Counted from the stretch's first letter, positions 21,678 through 33,900 are shown. The stretch: DNA of 64,000 nucleotides from an uncultured Verrucomicrobiae bacterium (GCA_963764165.1 CAVXRD010000003.1:32001-96000); one strand, 5' to 3'. Program-made: numbers and translations. Notes: generated by a model not told the origin, from the letters alone.

Positions 21678-24600
21678 ATGAACAGAATAGTGCGACTCCA
21701 CGGTTCGTTTCAACTTAAATTCAATTTATCCTTCTTCACAGCACTGGCGCTGCTTGTCGGCGTCTTTCCAGTGGCGGCGCAGGTATTCACAAACCTGCAT
21801 AGTTTTACAGGAGGCAACGACGGGGCCAATCCCGAAGGATCCCTTATCTTGTCCGGCACCACGCTTTATGGGACGGCTCCCTACGGCGGCAGTTCGGAAA
21901 ACGGTACGGCCTTCTCCTTGAACACCAGCGGCGCGGGTTTTGTCGCCTTGCATGGCTTCAGCGCGACTCCGGTCGGCGAGAATAGCGACGGAGCCAATCC
22001 TTACGCAGGTTTGACCTTGATCGGAGGCACGCTCTACGGAACGGCGTCGGAAGGTGGGGCGGATGCCAGCGGCGCCATTTTTTCGATCAACAGCAACGGC
22101 ACGGCTTTTGCAACGCTCTTCGCTTTTCCGGCTGGAGGATCGGACGGAGCGGCGCCGTATGCCGGGCTGACTTCGTATGGCGGCACGCTCTATGGTGTGG
22201 CGAGCGCGGGCGGGGCCGATGGCATTGGCGAGATTTTTTCCATCAGCACCAACGGCTCGGATTTTACGATCCTGCATTCGTTTACGGAGGGCAGCGACGG
22301 AAGCAATGCCGATTCCGGATTGATTTTATCGGGAGATACGCTTTATGGCGTGGCGTCGATCGGTGGCAGCGCTGCCAACGGCGGTATTGTTTTTTCCGTC
22401 AACACCAACGGCGCGGGTTATTCCATTCTGCATGCCTTCACTGGTGGCAGCGACGGGGGCTATCCGGGTGGTGAGTTGGTTCTATCCGGAAGCACACTCT
22501 ATGGAACGGCGGCTGGAGGCGGGGCTAATTATACGGGAGCCATTTTTTCGATCAACACCAACGGAACCGGCTTTTCGGTCCTGCACTCGTTCGCGCCGTT
22601 GGGAGCCAACAGCGCCAATAGTGACGGCGCCAATCCTCACGGCGGATTGGTTTTGTCAGGGAACACGCTCTACTCCGTGGCAGCCTACGGCGGCACGGCC
22701 GGCAATGGCACGGTGTTCTCCCTCAACACCAATGGGAGTGGATTCGCCGTTCTCCATTCTTTCACAGCGAGCGCTTCAGGCACCAACGGCGACGGAGCAT
22801 ATCCGCAAGCTGGCTTAATTCTTTCCGGCGGGGCGCTTTATGGCACGACCGCGGACGGCGGATCTCACGGCGTGGGAACGGTGTTCGCAGTTATATTTCC
22901 CGAGGCGGCCGCATTCTCCGGTCTCACCAACGCGAACGTCACCTATGGAGGATCTGTCACCCTGGGAGGCAGCGTGGGCGGCAGCAACGCGACCTATCCA
23001 CCCAGCGGGACTATTATTACCGCGACCGTTAACGGCGTAAGCCAAACTGGCACGGTCTACGATGCCACGGGAGACTTTAGCATCAACTTCAACGCGACGG
23101 GATTGGTCGTCGCCGGTTCACCTTACACGATTACTTATGTCATGTCCGCATCTGGCAGCTTGCTTGCGGCCACGAATGCCACCACCACGCTTGCCGTCAG
23201 CCCGGCTCCGCTTGCCGTGACGGCGAGCAATTTGACGCGTCCCTACGGCGCTGCGAATCCCGCGCTGACATATAATTACAGTGGATTTGTCGATGGCGAC
23301 ACTTCCAGCGTTGTCTCGGGCAGCCCGGCCCTCGCTTGCTCCGCCACGACCAGCAGTCCCGCGGGACTTTATCCCATTACCGTGAGCCTGGGAACTCTGT
23401 CGACCGCGAATTATTATTTTGTGCTCGTCAATGGCACACTTGCGGTGACGACGTCTGGCTCATTTTCCGGTCTCGCCAATGCCCACGTTACGTATAGCGG
23501 TTCTGTAACCTTGACCGGCACTCTAAGCGGCAGCGGGCCGGTTTACCCTGCAAATGGCACCGTTATTACCGCCCTGATTAACGGCGTCCACCAAACCGGA
23601 AGCGTCTACGATGCGACCGGGGATTTTAACATCGATTTCAACGCGGCGAGCCTGTCGGTCAGCAATTCACCTTACACAGTCAACTATAGTTCGCCAGCTT
23701 CAGGCGCGTTGACCGCAGCGAGCGACACCAGCACGACGCTGACCATTAATCCGGCTCCGCTAACCGTCACGGCGGGAAATGCAACGCGTCTTTATGGCGC
23801 GACGAATCCCCCGTTTACCTACAGTTGCACTGGATTTGTCAACGGCGAGAGCGCCAGTGTTCTAACCGGCAGCCCTGTGCTCTCGTGTTCTGCCACCGCC
23901 AACAGCCCCGCCGGAGTTTATCCCATCTCGGTGAGCGCGGGAACTTTGGCGGACGCAAACTATGATTTTATCTACGTCTCCGGCGCGCTGACGGTGATGA
24001 ATGCGCCGCAGCTTAAGACTTTGTATAATTTCGCGAACGGCTTCGATGGCTCTGATCCGGACGCTGCTCTGGTTTTATCCGGAAGCACGCTTTTTGGAAC
24101 AGTCCGATACGGCGCGTCCGATGGCACTGGCGGCATCCTGTTTGCCGTTCAAACCAACGGCGCTGGTTTCACTGCCGTGCATGCATTTCCGGCAGCCTCA
24201 AGTTCGCTTGCTGACAATAGCGATGGGGCGAACCCGATTGGTTTGATTCTATCGAACAACACACTGTATGGACCGGCGAATAACGGCGGAGCCAACGCCA
24301 CGGGCACCATTTACGCGGTCAATACCAACGGCTCCGGGTTCACGGTCGTGCATAACTTTGCGCCGACTTCTGGCGAGTCGTATCCGAACAGCGGAGGATC
24401 GTATCCAAATGGCGGCTTGATCCTGTCTGGCGGCACATTTTATGGCACGACGGAGTGGGGTGGCCCTGGTGCCGGCCCCAGCAGCAGTGGCACGGTGTTC
24501 TCGGTCAATGCCGATGGGACAGGCTTTACCCTTCTCCATGATTTCAGCGGGGTTGGGTCTTCCGGCCAAAACAGCGATGGAGCCAGTCCCTACACCGGAT

Positions 24601-27134
24601 TGGTTTTTGCAGGAGGCACGCTCTATGGCACCGCTCAGAATGGAGGCCCCAGCGGAGGTGGGGTCATTTTCGCCATCGGCACCAACGGCGGTAATTATAC
24701 TATCCTGCACGCCTTCACTGGCGGAACAGGCGATGGGGCGGATCCAATGTGTCAATTGACCTTGGCGGGCGGGACCCTTTTTGGAACCACAGCAGCAGGG
24801 GGCGCGAATGGCGCCGGCACGGTTTTTTCCGTGAACACCAACGGCACAAGTTATTCAACGCTCCACAGTTTTGCGGCCTATGGCCAGTTGCTCGAGTATA
24901 ATCCTGAAGGAATAGCGACCAACAGTGATGGCTTGGAAGCGGCTAATTTGACGCTTTCGGGGAACATTCTCTACGGCATCGCAACGCTGGGTGGCACCAA
25001 CGGATTGGGAACCGTTTTTAGCATTAATACCAACGGCACTGGGTTCTTGCTGCTGCATACCTTCACCGCCGCCCCCGTCCCGGCCAGCGAGTTTGGCACC
25101 ATGATCACCAACAGCGAAGGAATCTACCCAGTTGGTGGATTGGTTGTGTCGGGCGGCACTTGTTATGGGGCGGCGCGGCAAGGGGGGCCGTCTGGCTACG
25201 GCACGATATTTGCGTTAAGTATTCCTACGGTTCCGGTCTTTTCGGGCCTGACGAATGCGAGCGTCACAAACGGGAGTTCCGTATTATTGACTGGGAATTT
25301 GAGCGGCGGTGGCTCAAGCTACCCGACCAATGGCACCATCATTGCGGCCACCATCGACGGCGTTGTCGAAACCGGCGCGTTCTATGATGCCACTGGTGAT
25401 TTTAGCATTACGTTCGTTGCGACCAACATTCCGACCAGCGGTTCGCCGTTCTCCATCACCAATTTCCCGGGCGGGGGAGCGGTTTATTCCATAACCTACA
25501 CCACGCCCGCTTCGGGTTCCTTTCCAGCCGTCACCGATTCCACCACCACCCTCACCGTTTATCCCGTGCCCTCTGGCACGCCTGTCTTTGCTGGTCTGAC
25601 CAATGCCACTGTTAATTATGGAGGCTCGGTTGTCCTGACTGGCAACGTGAGCGGCAATGGCCCAAGTTACCCGACCAACGGCACCGCTATCACTGTCACC
25701 GTTGGTGGTGTGGTCGAAACCGGCGCGTTTTTCGACGCGGCTGGTGATTTTAGCGTCACTTTCTTCACAACCAACCTTCCATCCGGCGATTCGTCATTCA
25801 CCATCACGTACACCACGCCCGCCTCCGGCTCTTTCCCTGCCGCGACCAACGCGAGCACGACTCTGTTCGTCATACCCGCCCCGCTGCCTTCGGTCGTTAA
25901 TTGGCAGCCGGTCGGCTCTGGGATGAGCGGCACCGTCAACGCGCTGGCGGTGATTGGAAACACCTTGTACGCGGGTGGCTTTTTCACCAATGCTGGCGGC
26001 GTCACCGCCAGTAATATCGCGCAGTGGAACGGAACTAATTGGTCGCCAGTCGGAACGGGCGTGGGCGGCTCCAGCGTAGCCGACCTCGGCATTTATGCCT
26101 TGGCGGCGTCGGCTGGCATGTTATACGCGGGTGGCAGCTTTGTGACGGCGGGCGGCAGCAATGCCAACGGGGTCGCGCAATGGGATGGCACGAACTGGTC
26201 GTCGCTGGGATCGGGAATCTCGGGAACCGTGTATGCGCTGGCCGTCTCGGGCAATACATTGTATGCGGGCGGATCATTTAAAGGTTCCGGCCACACTGCG
26301 ATCCAGAATATCGCGCAATGGAACGGCGCCAATTGGTCAACGCTTGCTTCGTCGGGCATGAGCAGTGAAGTGCTGGCGCTGGCGGTGTCGGGTGGGACGC
26401 TTTATGCGGGCGGACAGTTCACGACGGCGGGCGGTGTCTCGGCTGTCGGCGTCGCGCAATGGAACGGCACCAGTTGGTCGCCGGTCGGCTCCGGCGTGAG
26501 CGGCGGCGCTGCGGTTCAAGTTTCATCGCTGGCGGCGGTGGGCGGCGTATTATATGCGGGCGGCAATTTTAGTTCGGCGGGCGGGGTTTCAGCCGCCCGG
26601 GTCGCGCAGTGGAACGGCAGCAGTTGGACGCCTTTTGCGTCGGGCATGAACAACCCGGTCAACGCGCTGCTGGCGGGGTATTACGGGATTTTCTTCGCGG
26701 GCGGCAGTTTCACCACGGCAGGCGGCCTTGCGGCCAATGACTTTGCGGAATGGACTGGGACAAATTGGCTGCCCGTGGGATCCAGCCTGAACGGCTCGGT
26801 CAACGCGCTGTTATTATCGGGAAACACACTTTACGCAGGCGGCAATTTCACCACCGCGGGAACCAACACCGTCAACTATATTACCGAATTGACATTTGCG
26901 CCGCCTTACATCGTCGCGACGGACACGAATTTTGGATTTCTTACCCAGCAAGGCCCGTTCGGATTTGACGTCGCCGCCAGCCAGGGCGAATGGGTTATGA
27001 TCCAAGGCAGCGCAGATCTGCTGAATTGGACGCCGGTGCAGACCAACGTCATGACGAACGCTCTCTATTATTACAGCGACCCCGCCACGACGAACTTTGC
27101 CTACCGCTTCTACCGCGCCTTGGGCTGGCCGTAA
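21678..27134 (+). CDS. Large secreted protein: two GloVer-repeat blocks, MBG/Ig-like units, a W-x-x-x-G-S-G propeller and a C-terminal FYR domain
   Basis: Signal peptide; GloVer repeats; MBG-like PAPLxVTAxNxTRxYGAxNP twice; repeats of ALAVSGxTLYAGGxFxxAGGxxAxxxAQWNG; YRFYRA at the end. Confidence 0.9.
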   Translation: MNRIVRLHGSFQLKFNLSFFTALALLVGVFPVAAQVFTNLHSFTGGNDGANPEGSLILSGTTLYGTAPYGGSSENGTAFSLNTSGAGFVALHGFSATPVGENSDGANPYAGLTLIGGTLYGTASEGGADASGAIFSINSNGTAFATLFAFPAGGSDGAAPYAGLTSYGGTLYGVASAGGADGIGEIFSISTNGSDFTILHSFTEGSDGSNADSGLILSGDTLYGVASIGGSAANGGIVFSVNTNGAGYSILHAFTGGSDGGYPGGELVLSGSTLYGTAAGGGANYTGAIFSINTNGTGFSVLHSFAPLGANSANSDGANPHGGLVLSGNTLYSVAAYGGTAGNGTVFSLNTNGSGFAVLHSFTASASGTNGDGAYPQAGLILSGGALYGTTADGGSHGVGTVFAVIFPEAAAFSGLTNANVTYGGSVTLGGSVGGSNATYPPSGTIITATVNGVSQTGTVYDATGDFSINFNATGLVVAGSPYTITYVMSASGSLLAATNATTTLAVSPAPLAVTASNLTRPYGAANPALTYNYSGFVDGDTSSVVSGSPALACSATTSSPAGLYPITVSLGTLSTANYYFVLVNGTLAVTTSGSFSGLANAHVTYSGSVTLTGTLSGSGPVYPANGTVITALINGVHQTGSVYDATGDFNIDFNAASLSVSNSPYTVNYSSPASGALTAASDTSTTLTINPAPLTVTAGNATRLYGATNPPFTYSCTGFVNGESASVLTGSPVLSCSATANSPAGVYPISVSAGTLADANYDFIYVSGALTVMNAPQLKTLYNFANGFDGSDPDAALVLSGSTLFGTVRYGASDGTGGILFAVQTNGAGFTAVHAFPAASSSLADNSDGANPIGLILSNNTLYGPANNGGANATGTIYAVNTNGSGFTVVHNFAPTSGESYPNSGGSYPNGGLILSGGTFYGTTEWGGPGAGPSSSGTVFSVNADGTGFTLLHDFSGVGSSGQNSDGASPYTGLVFAGGTLYGTAQNGGPSGGGVIFAIGTNGGNYTILHAFTGGTGDGADPMCQLTLAGGTLFGTTAAGGANGAGTVFSVNTNGTSYSTLHSFAAYGQLLEYNPEGIATNSDGLEAANLTLSGNILYGIATLGGTNGLGTVFSINTNGTGFLLLHTFTAAPVPASEFGTMITNSEGIYPVGGLVVSGGTCYGAARQGGPSGYGTIFALSIPTVPVFSGLTNASVTNGSSVLLTGNLSGGGSSYPTNGTIIAATIDGVVETGAFYDATGDFSITFVATNIPTSGSPFSITNFPGGGAVYSITYTTPASGSFPAVTDSTTTLTVYPVPSGTPVFAGLTNATVNYGGSVVLTGNVSGNGPSYPTNGTAITVTVGGVVETGAFFDAAGDFSVTFFTTNLPSGDSSFTITYTTPASGSFPAATNASTTLFVIPAPLPSVVNWQPVGSGMSGTVNALAVIGNTLYAGGFFTNAGGVTASNIAQWNGTNWSPVGTGVGGSSVADLGIYALAASAGMLYAGGSFVTAGGSNANGVAQWDGTNWSSLGSGISGTVYALAVSGNTLYAGGSFKGSGHTAIQNIAQWNGANWSTLASSGMSSEVLALAVSGGTLYAGGQFTTAGGVSAVGVAQWNGTSWSPVGSGVSGGAAVQVSSLAAVGGVLYAGGNFSSAGGVSAARVAQWNGSSWTPFASGMNNPVNALLAGYYGIFFAGGSFTTAGGLAANDFAEWTGTNWLPVGSSLNGSVNALLLSGNTLYAGGNFTTAGTNTVNYITELTFAPPYIVATDTNFGFLTQQGPFGFDVAASQGEWVMIQGSADLLNWTPVQTNVMTNALYYYSDPATTNFAYRFYRALGWP

Positions 27135-27139
27135 GGAGG

Positions 27140-27173
27140 GAAGTCAAGGCAGGACTGAAGTCAAGGCGGGACT
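27140..27173. repeat. 17-bp tandem duplication
   Basis: GAAGTCAAGGCAGGACT followed by GAAGTCAAGGCGGGACT. Confidence 0.75.
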
Positions 27174-27196
27174 TGGCGCGAGGCTTGAGGGCGGTT

Positions 27197-27784
27197 ATGA
27201 ATAGGTCGTATATGTCCTATAAGACCAATTCTTCCGGCTTCATACCACCGCATGGCGGGTACGAAAAGTTGGTTTCTTTTCAAATGGCCAGGATTGTTTA
27301 TGATGGCACCGTGCTGTTTTGCGGGCGGTTTCTCAAAAAGGGCGACCGCACTTATGATCAGATGGTGCGAGCGGCGCGGTCAGGAAAACAAAACATTCTC
27401 GAAGGCTCCCAAGCTTCAGGCACCTCCAAGGAAACAGAAATCAAGCTGATCAATGTGGCTCGCGCGAGCCTGGAGGAATTGCTGGAGGACTATCGGGACC
27501 ATCTCCGGGTGAACGACCGGCCGCTTTGGGCCAAGGATTCCAAGGAAGCCCTCTTCGTCCGAAGACTCGGCGCGAAAAAGGACAGGTCCTTCGAGACGTA
27601 TCGCACTTATCTTGAGAGCCGCCCCGCTGGAGTAGTGGCCAACATCATGGTCTGCCTTGTTCACCAGACCAACTACCTGCTGGACCAGCAGATCAGGCAA
27701 TTGGAAAAGGCTTTTGTGCAAGAAGGTGGTTTGAGAGAGCGCATGACACGCGCCCGCCTCGACGAAAGAGCGCGCAAAAAATAG
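27197..27784 (+). CDS. Four-helix-bundle protein with suffix domain (23S rRNA IVS protein/Avd-like family)
   Basis: GGYEKL, RTYDQMVRAARSGKQNILEGS, VARASLEELLEDY, FVQEGGLRERM. Start is 27197 or 27212. Confidence 0.88.
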   Translation: MNRSYMSYKTNSSGFIPPHGGYEKLVSFQMARIVYDGTVLFCGRFLKKGDRTYDQMVRAARSGKQNILEGSQASGTSKETEIKLINVARASLEELLEDYRDHLRVNDRPLWAKDSKEALFVRRLGAKKDRSFETYRTYLESRPAGVVANIMVCLVHQTNYLLDQQIRQLEKAFVQEGGLRERMTRARLDERARKK

Positions 27785-27809
27785 GTCCAATAGGACCTAT
27801 GTGCCCTAT
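27201..27809. mobile_element. Putative small element: four-helix-bundle gene bracketed by ATAGGxCCTAT-type inverted repeats
   Basis: Left ATAGGTCGTATATGTCCTATAAGACCAAT (27201-27229); right ATAGGTCCAATAGGACCTATGTGCCCTAT (27781-27809); imperfect reverse complements. Confidence 0.55.
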
Positions 27810-27900
27810 CACCCGTTTCGGTGATGGGCCTCTCACTGGATTCGGGTATTCTCTTTAAGCTTTCGGTGAGGTAAGATGCCAACTGTCACAAGGCGCACAT

Positions 27901-30900
27901 ATTAAAACTCCAACGAATCTTCTCTCTTTCATCCCACAAATATTTCACAAAAGGCGCCCCGCTTTCCTGCTTGCATGGGCGCTGGCGCTAGCCAGTTCGG
28001 CACAGGCCGGGTTGGTTATGACGACCACCAATCAATACGGCCCCGAACCGCTGACTCCCTCCTGGGCCCCGGCGGCGGACAGCTTGATCGCCGGGCTAGT
28101 GCCAAGCACCGCCTTGGGCAATTTCAGCGAGGAGGCTTCTGGACGGAATTTTGATTCGCTTACCTCCGGCGGCACTCTGACCGTCACGTCGGCGAATTCG
28201 ACGTGCAGCCTCAATTACGTGACCTGCGGCAATGGAAGCGGCGCGGGGTCCCTGATTGTCTACACGCTGCCTGCAGCGCAGCTTGGCTATAATCTCACCA
28301 ACATCACGGTCGATAGCGGGTGGCAGGACAATGGCCGCGACGCGCAGGCCTACACGATTTCCTATTCCACAGTCGTGAACCCGACCGTTTTCACGGTGTT
28401 GACCGCGGTGAATTACAATCCGACGGTTCCCGGTGGGGTCGCGTCCGCGAATCAAGTTGCCATCACCAGCTCGGTGACGGGCGGTTTGATCGCTTCCAAT
28501 GTAGCCGCCATTCAATTCAATTTCACCACGCCGGGTTCGGAAAATGGATATTGTGGTTATGGCGCCATAACTGTGGAGGGAATCGCGGCAACGAATTTGC
28601 TGATTCCGCCGGCGGCGCCGTCAATTACCAACCAGCCTCAGTCCGCCGTGCTTTTTGCGGGTGGCACCGCGAATTTGGCGGCGGTGTGCGCGGGCGCGCC
28701 GCTGTATTTCCAATGGTTTTACATTACCAACAAAATCACCAACGCCATTGCAAGCGCGACGAATTCCTCGCTGATCATCAAGAATGTCACACCGACGAAT
28801 GCCGGTTCATATCAATTGCTGGCCAGCAACAGCCTCGGCGTGGCCACCAGCAGCGTGGCGTCGGTGACGGTTATCGTTCCCACGCCAGGCTCCTACGATG
28901 CGGCGGTCATGGCGAACATTCCGCTGGCCTATTGGACGTTGAATGAAACGAACAACCCAGCCTCTGGCAGCGTGGTGGCGACGGATTACGGGGGCGGCTT
29001 CAACGGCGTTTACCAGACTAACGCGCAGAACGGCTACAACGGAATCGCCGGGCCGAGGCCGCCGGGCTTTCCGGGATTCACGAGTGCCAACCCGGCGATG
29101 GAGACGTTTGCCAACATGGCGAATTCATACATGACCGCCTCCGTCGGGAACATGATTGCGAGCAACTTGACCTATGCCATGTGGATCAGGCCTGTCAGCA
29201 CGGTTCAACAATTCGCTGGCCTGCTGATGGATCGCGGCGGCGCGGGGGAAGGGCTGGGATTTGGCGGAGGCGCCAATGATGCCTCCGGCACGTATGACAT
29301 GACTTACACGTGGAACCAGAATACGACGTCCGGCTTCAACTCGTATTTGTTCCCTCCTCTGAATCAATGGTCGTTTGTGGCCATGGTCATTTCACCGGCG
29401 CAAACAGTTCTCTATCTGATCAACTCCAACGGCCTGCAAGCCGCGACGAATGTTCTCGCCAACGATGCCGAAGAGTTTGGCGTGGCATGGCATCTAGGAG
29501 ACGATGCTGCCACCGCCGGGCGGACGTTTCCGGGATTGATTGACGGGGCAGCGGTATTCACTTCCGCGCTGACACAGACCCAATTGCTTGGCCTCTACGA
29601 CAACGGTGTTGGTGCGCCACCGCAAACATCGATTCCGGCAGCAGCGCCTTCGGCGAATGTGTTTGTCGGCAACACCGTCGTCCTATCGGAATCAGCCCTT
29701 GGCGCGACGCCGTTTCAGTATCAGTGGGAGAGCAACGGAATTGTGCTTGGTGGCGCGACTAATAGCTCCCTCGCCTTGAGCAATCTCACGCTCGCGGCGT
29801 CTGGAAATTATCAGGTGATCGTCAGCAACTTTTATGGAGTCGCGACGAGCGCTCCCATCGCCCTTTCAGTCACACTCGACACGAATCCGCCGCTTGTATT
29901 GCGCGCATTCAATCTGGGAAGCACCAATGTGGAAGTGGATTTTTCCAAAGTCATCAACGCCGCCACCGCGACAAATTTGACGAATTATTATTTCACCGAC
30001 GGCCTCGCGATTTCCGCCGCGGCGCTGGAGACAAACGAATCGTCTTTGCTGCTCACGACTGCGCCGCTGGCGGTCAATTCCAATTACACGCTGGTGGTCA
30101 ATGGGATTCTCGACCAGGCCATTCCGCCCAATGCAATTGCCTCCAACACAGTGGCCAATTTTACGGCGTCGCCTCTTGCCCCGCACGACATCGGCAACCC
30201 GGCGGTCGTTTCGAGCGGTGTCTACACCAGCAACTCGTGGGCGATCACCAGCGGGGGAAGTAATATTGGCTCCACCAGCGACCAATTCAATTTTGATAAT
30301 GAGCCGGTGACCGGCAATTTTGATGTCTCTGTGCGCCTCGCGAGCCTGGGCTTGGTGAACTTGTGGTCACAGGCGGGATTGATGGCGCGGGTCGATTTGA
30401 CGGGCGGCAGCCCGTTCGCTGCCGCTTTGGCCACGCCGGGGATGAACGGCGATTCTTTCCTTGTTCGCGTTGCCACGAACGGTTCAGCCGTGGCATCTGG
30501 AAATTTCCCTGTCAACTATCCGAATACGTGGCTGCGGCTGAGCCGCGTGGGGAATTTGTTCACCGGGTTTGGCGGTTACGACGGCGCCAATTGGACTGTC
30601 TTGGGCAGCGCGACGATTCCAATGCCGAGCCAGATATACCTCGGCTTTTCCGTGGCTAGCGACAGCACGAATCAGCCGACCACAGCGGAGTTCGCGGCTT
30701 TTGAAAACACGCCAGCCAGTGCTGTTGTGTCGGCGCAAATCAATCCTCATGACGCCATCGGGCCGAGCAGCCGCATGACGCCGATTGTGTTTTCGGAAAT
30801 CATGTGGAAACCCGCGCCCCGGACAGATGGAAAGAATCTTGAATTTCTCGAAATTTATAATTCCAATCCGTGGTTCCACGACATCAGCGGATATCAGATA

Positions 30901-33900
30901 ACTTGCGCGGACATGAATTACACGTTCCCAGCGGGAACAACGATCGCGGGAGGCGCGTTTCTGGTGGTGGCCTCCGCTCCTGCGGATATTCAAAGCGTTT
31001 ACGGTATTACCAACGTGATGGGGCCATACAGCGGAAGCCTCAAACATTCTGAAACGCTGGAGTTGCTGGACGAGCAGGGAAGCGTGCTTATTACCGCTCC
31101 GTATACCGATGTCTTTCCGTGGCCGGTTGCAACCGGCGGCACAGGCCACTCGCTGGTTCTTGCCAATCCAACCTATGGCGCTGGTGATCCGCGCGCTTGG
31201 GACATCAGCGACAGCGTGGGCGGATCGCCCGGCAAACTGGATCCGTTCACACCCAGCCCGCTTCGCAATGTTGTGATCAATGAAATCCTGCCGCATACGG
31301 AAAATCCCGCCGTGCCGCAATTCATTGAACTTTACAATCACAGCGCCAGCAGCGTGGATGTTTCGGGCTGCATTCTTACCGACGATCCAACGACGAATAA
31401 ATTTGTCATCCCTAGCGGAACTGTAATCGGCCCGGCAGGTTTCGAAGTATTCACTCAATCGCAATTTGGATTCACGCTGAACGGCCAGGGCGAGACGCTT
31501 TACTTCATCAAGCCGGATGGCAGCCGCGTTCTTGATGCGGTGCAATTCGGCCCGCAGGCGGACGGTGTTTCCTTCGGTCGCTGGCCGAATGGGGCGAACG
31601 ACTTTTATGCCTTCACCACGAATACGCCGGGCACCAGCAACAGCCCGATTTTAATTGGCGACATCGTCATCAACGAATTGATGTACGACCCCATCAGCGA
31701 AAACGACGATGACCAGTTCATTGAGCTTTACAACAAAGGCACCAATACGGTGAGCCTCGCTGGCTGGCAATTCACGGCGGGTGTGACATTCACGTTTCCC
31801 ACAAACGCTGCGATTGCGCCCGGCGGCTATGTGGTCGTTGGCAAGAATGCGACCGAATTGTTTTCAAATTATGTGAATTTGAGCGCGGCCAATACCTTCG
31901 GCAATTTCAGCGGGAAGTTGTCGCATGACGGGGAGTTGGTGGTTCTGGCCCAACCGGTATCCTATCTCGGAACCAATACGATCTATGTGGAAGAGGATCA
32001 AGTCACCTACGGCACAGGCGGACGCTGGGGCGAATGGTCTGGCGGCGGCGGGAGCAGTTTGGAATTGATCGATCCGCATTCGAATCACCGCCTGGCCGCG
32101 AATTGGGCCGACAGCGACGACACGCAAAAATCGACATGGACGCTAGTGCAAAACACGGGCGTTCTCGACAACGGCTATAACGTCGAGAGCGGCATTGACC
32201 ATGCGCAAGTTGGATTGCTCGACGATGGAGAATGCCTGGTGGACGACCTTCAAGTCACCTACAACGGAAGCAATTACGTTTCCAATGGGACGTTTGAGAG
32301 CGGCGCGGGTTTGAACAATTGGGCATTCCAAGGATGCATGGTCTGTTCCAGTCTCGAGAACAGCGGCTACCAAAGCGCCAATTCGTTGCACATCCGCTGC
32401 AGCGACAAACTTTGGACGGGAGATAATTCCTGCGAAGTGGCGCTAAATTCCAATCCGATGGCGGCGGGCGATACCGTGACGATGAGTTACATGGCGCGTT
32501 GGCTTCATGGCCAGCCGGAACCAAATTTTCGCCTCAATGGCAACTGGCTGGAGGCGACGACCGTGCTTCCTGTGCCAGCCAATTTAGGCAATCCCGGCGC
32601 GCCCAACAGCCAATTTGTCTCCAATGCGGGGCCGGCCATGTATAACGTCACTCACACGCCAAGCGTTCCCGCCGCAAATCAAGCGGTCGTCGTCACCGCG
32701 CAAGCCCACGACCCCGACGGCATTCAAAGCCTGACTCTTTATTACCGCCTCGATCCTTCCACAACGTATATCGCCGTCCCCATGAACGACAATGGCTCCA
32801 ACGGCGATGCCGTGGCGGGCGATGGAATTTTCAGCGCAACCATTCCCGGCCAGGCGGCCAATCAAATCGCCGCGTTTTATATTGCGGCGTCGGACGATCT
32901 GGGCGCATCAACTCGCTTTCCGGCCCTCCGCACGAAGGACAATGTCGCTCCGCCGGAATGCGTGGTGATGTTTGGTGACGGAAACCCTGGTGGAAGTTTC
33001 GGCGTTTACCACTTTTGGATGACGCAGACCAATCTGACCCGCTGGGCCAACCTCGGAAACTTAAGCCGTGATTGGAACAACGATTGCACTTTCGTCAACG
33101 GCAAACGAGTCATATACAACGCCGGTGGCCGTTACAGCGGCAGCCCGGCCCATCAGGATTACGACACGCCGAATGGCAGCCTTTGCGCCTACGAGTTCAA
33201 GCTCCCGGCGGACGATATGTTCCTAGGCACTTCGGATTTCAAAAAGTTGCATCAGCCGGGCAACACGCCGGGTGATGATCCCAGCATTCAACGAGAGCAG
33301 ATCGCCAACACGCTGCTGCGCGCGGTCGGTGTGCCTTGGCTGAATCGCCGTTACGTCGCTGTCTATGTCAACGGCAACCGGCGTCTTAATTTGATGGAAG
33401 ACGCGCAGGTGCCGGACGGCGACATTGTCAAGCAGCATTTCCCGAATGACACGACGGGCTTCCTCTACAAAATGCAGCCGTGGTTCGAAATGGCTCCCTA
33501 CTTGTCCGGTTACGGAATGGGCGCTGACAATTTGTCGTGGTGCACGCTCAATGATTACACCACCACCGGCGGCGCGAAAAAGGTGCCCCGCTACCGATGG
33601 CAATACGAAATGCGCCGCACCCCGGACAATTACAGCGATTTCGCGCCGGTGTTTTCCTTGATCGACGCGGCGAATTCCTACAGCACGCCCAATTACGTGG
33701 CGAACATGGAAAACATCGCCGACATGAAAAATTGGATGGGTGTCTTCGCCGCCAATCACGCGGGGGGCAATTGGGATTCCTTCGGCGCGCAGAACGAGCA
33801 AAATCTTTACGGTTATATTGGCACGGCGGGAACCAAGTATTCGCTGCTGATGTGGGATTTCAATATTTCCATCGGAAATTCCGGCCCCGGCTACGTCTCA

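Noticed and set aside
27197..27784. Diversity-generating retroelement (Avd-like gene)
   Set aside because: No reverse transcriptase and no TR/VR pair with adenine-specific mismatches was seen in the window.
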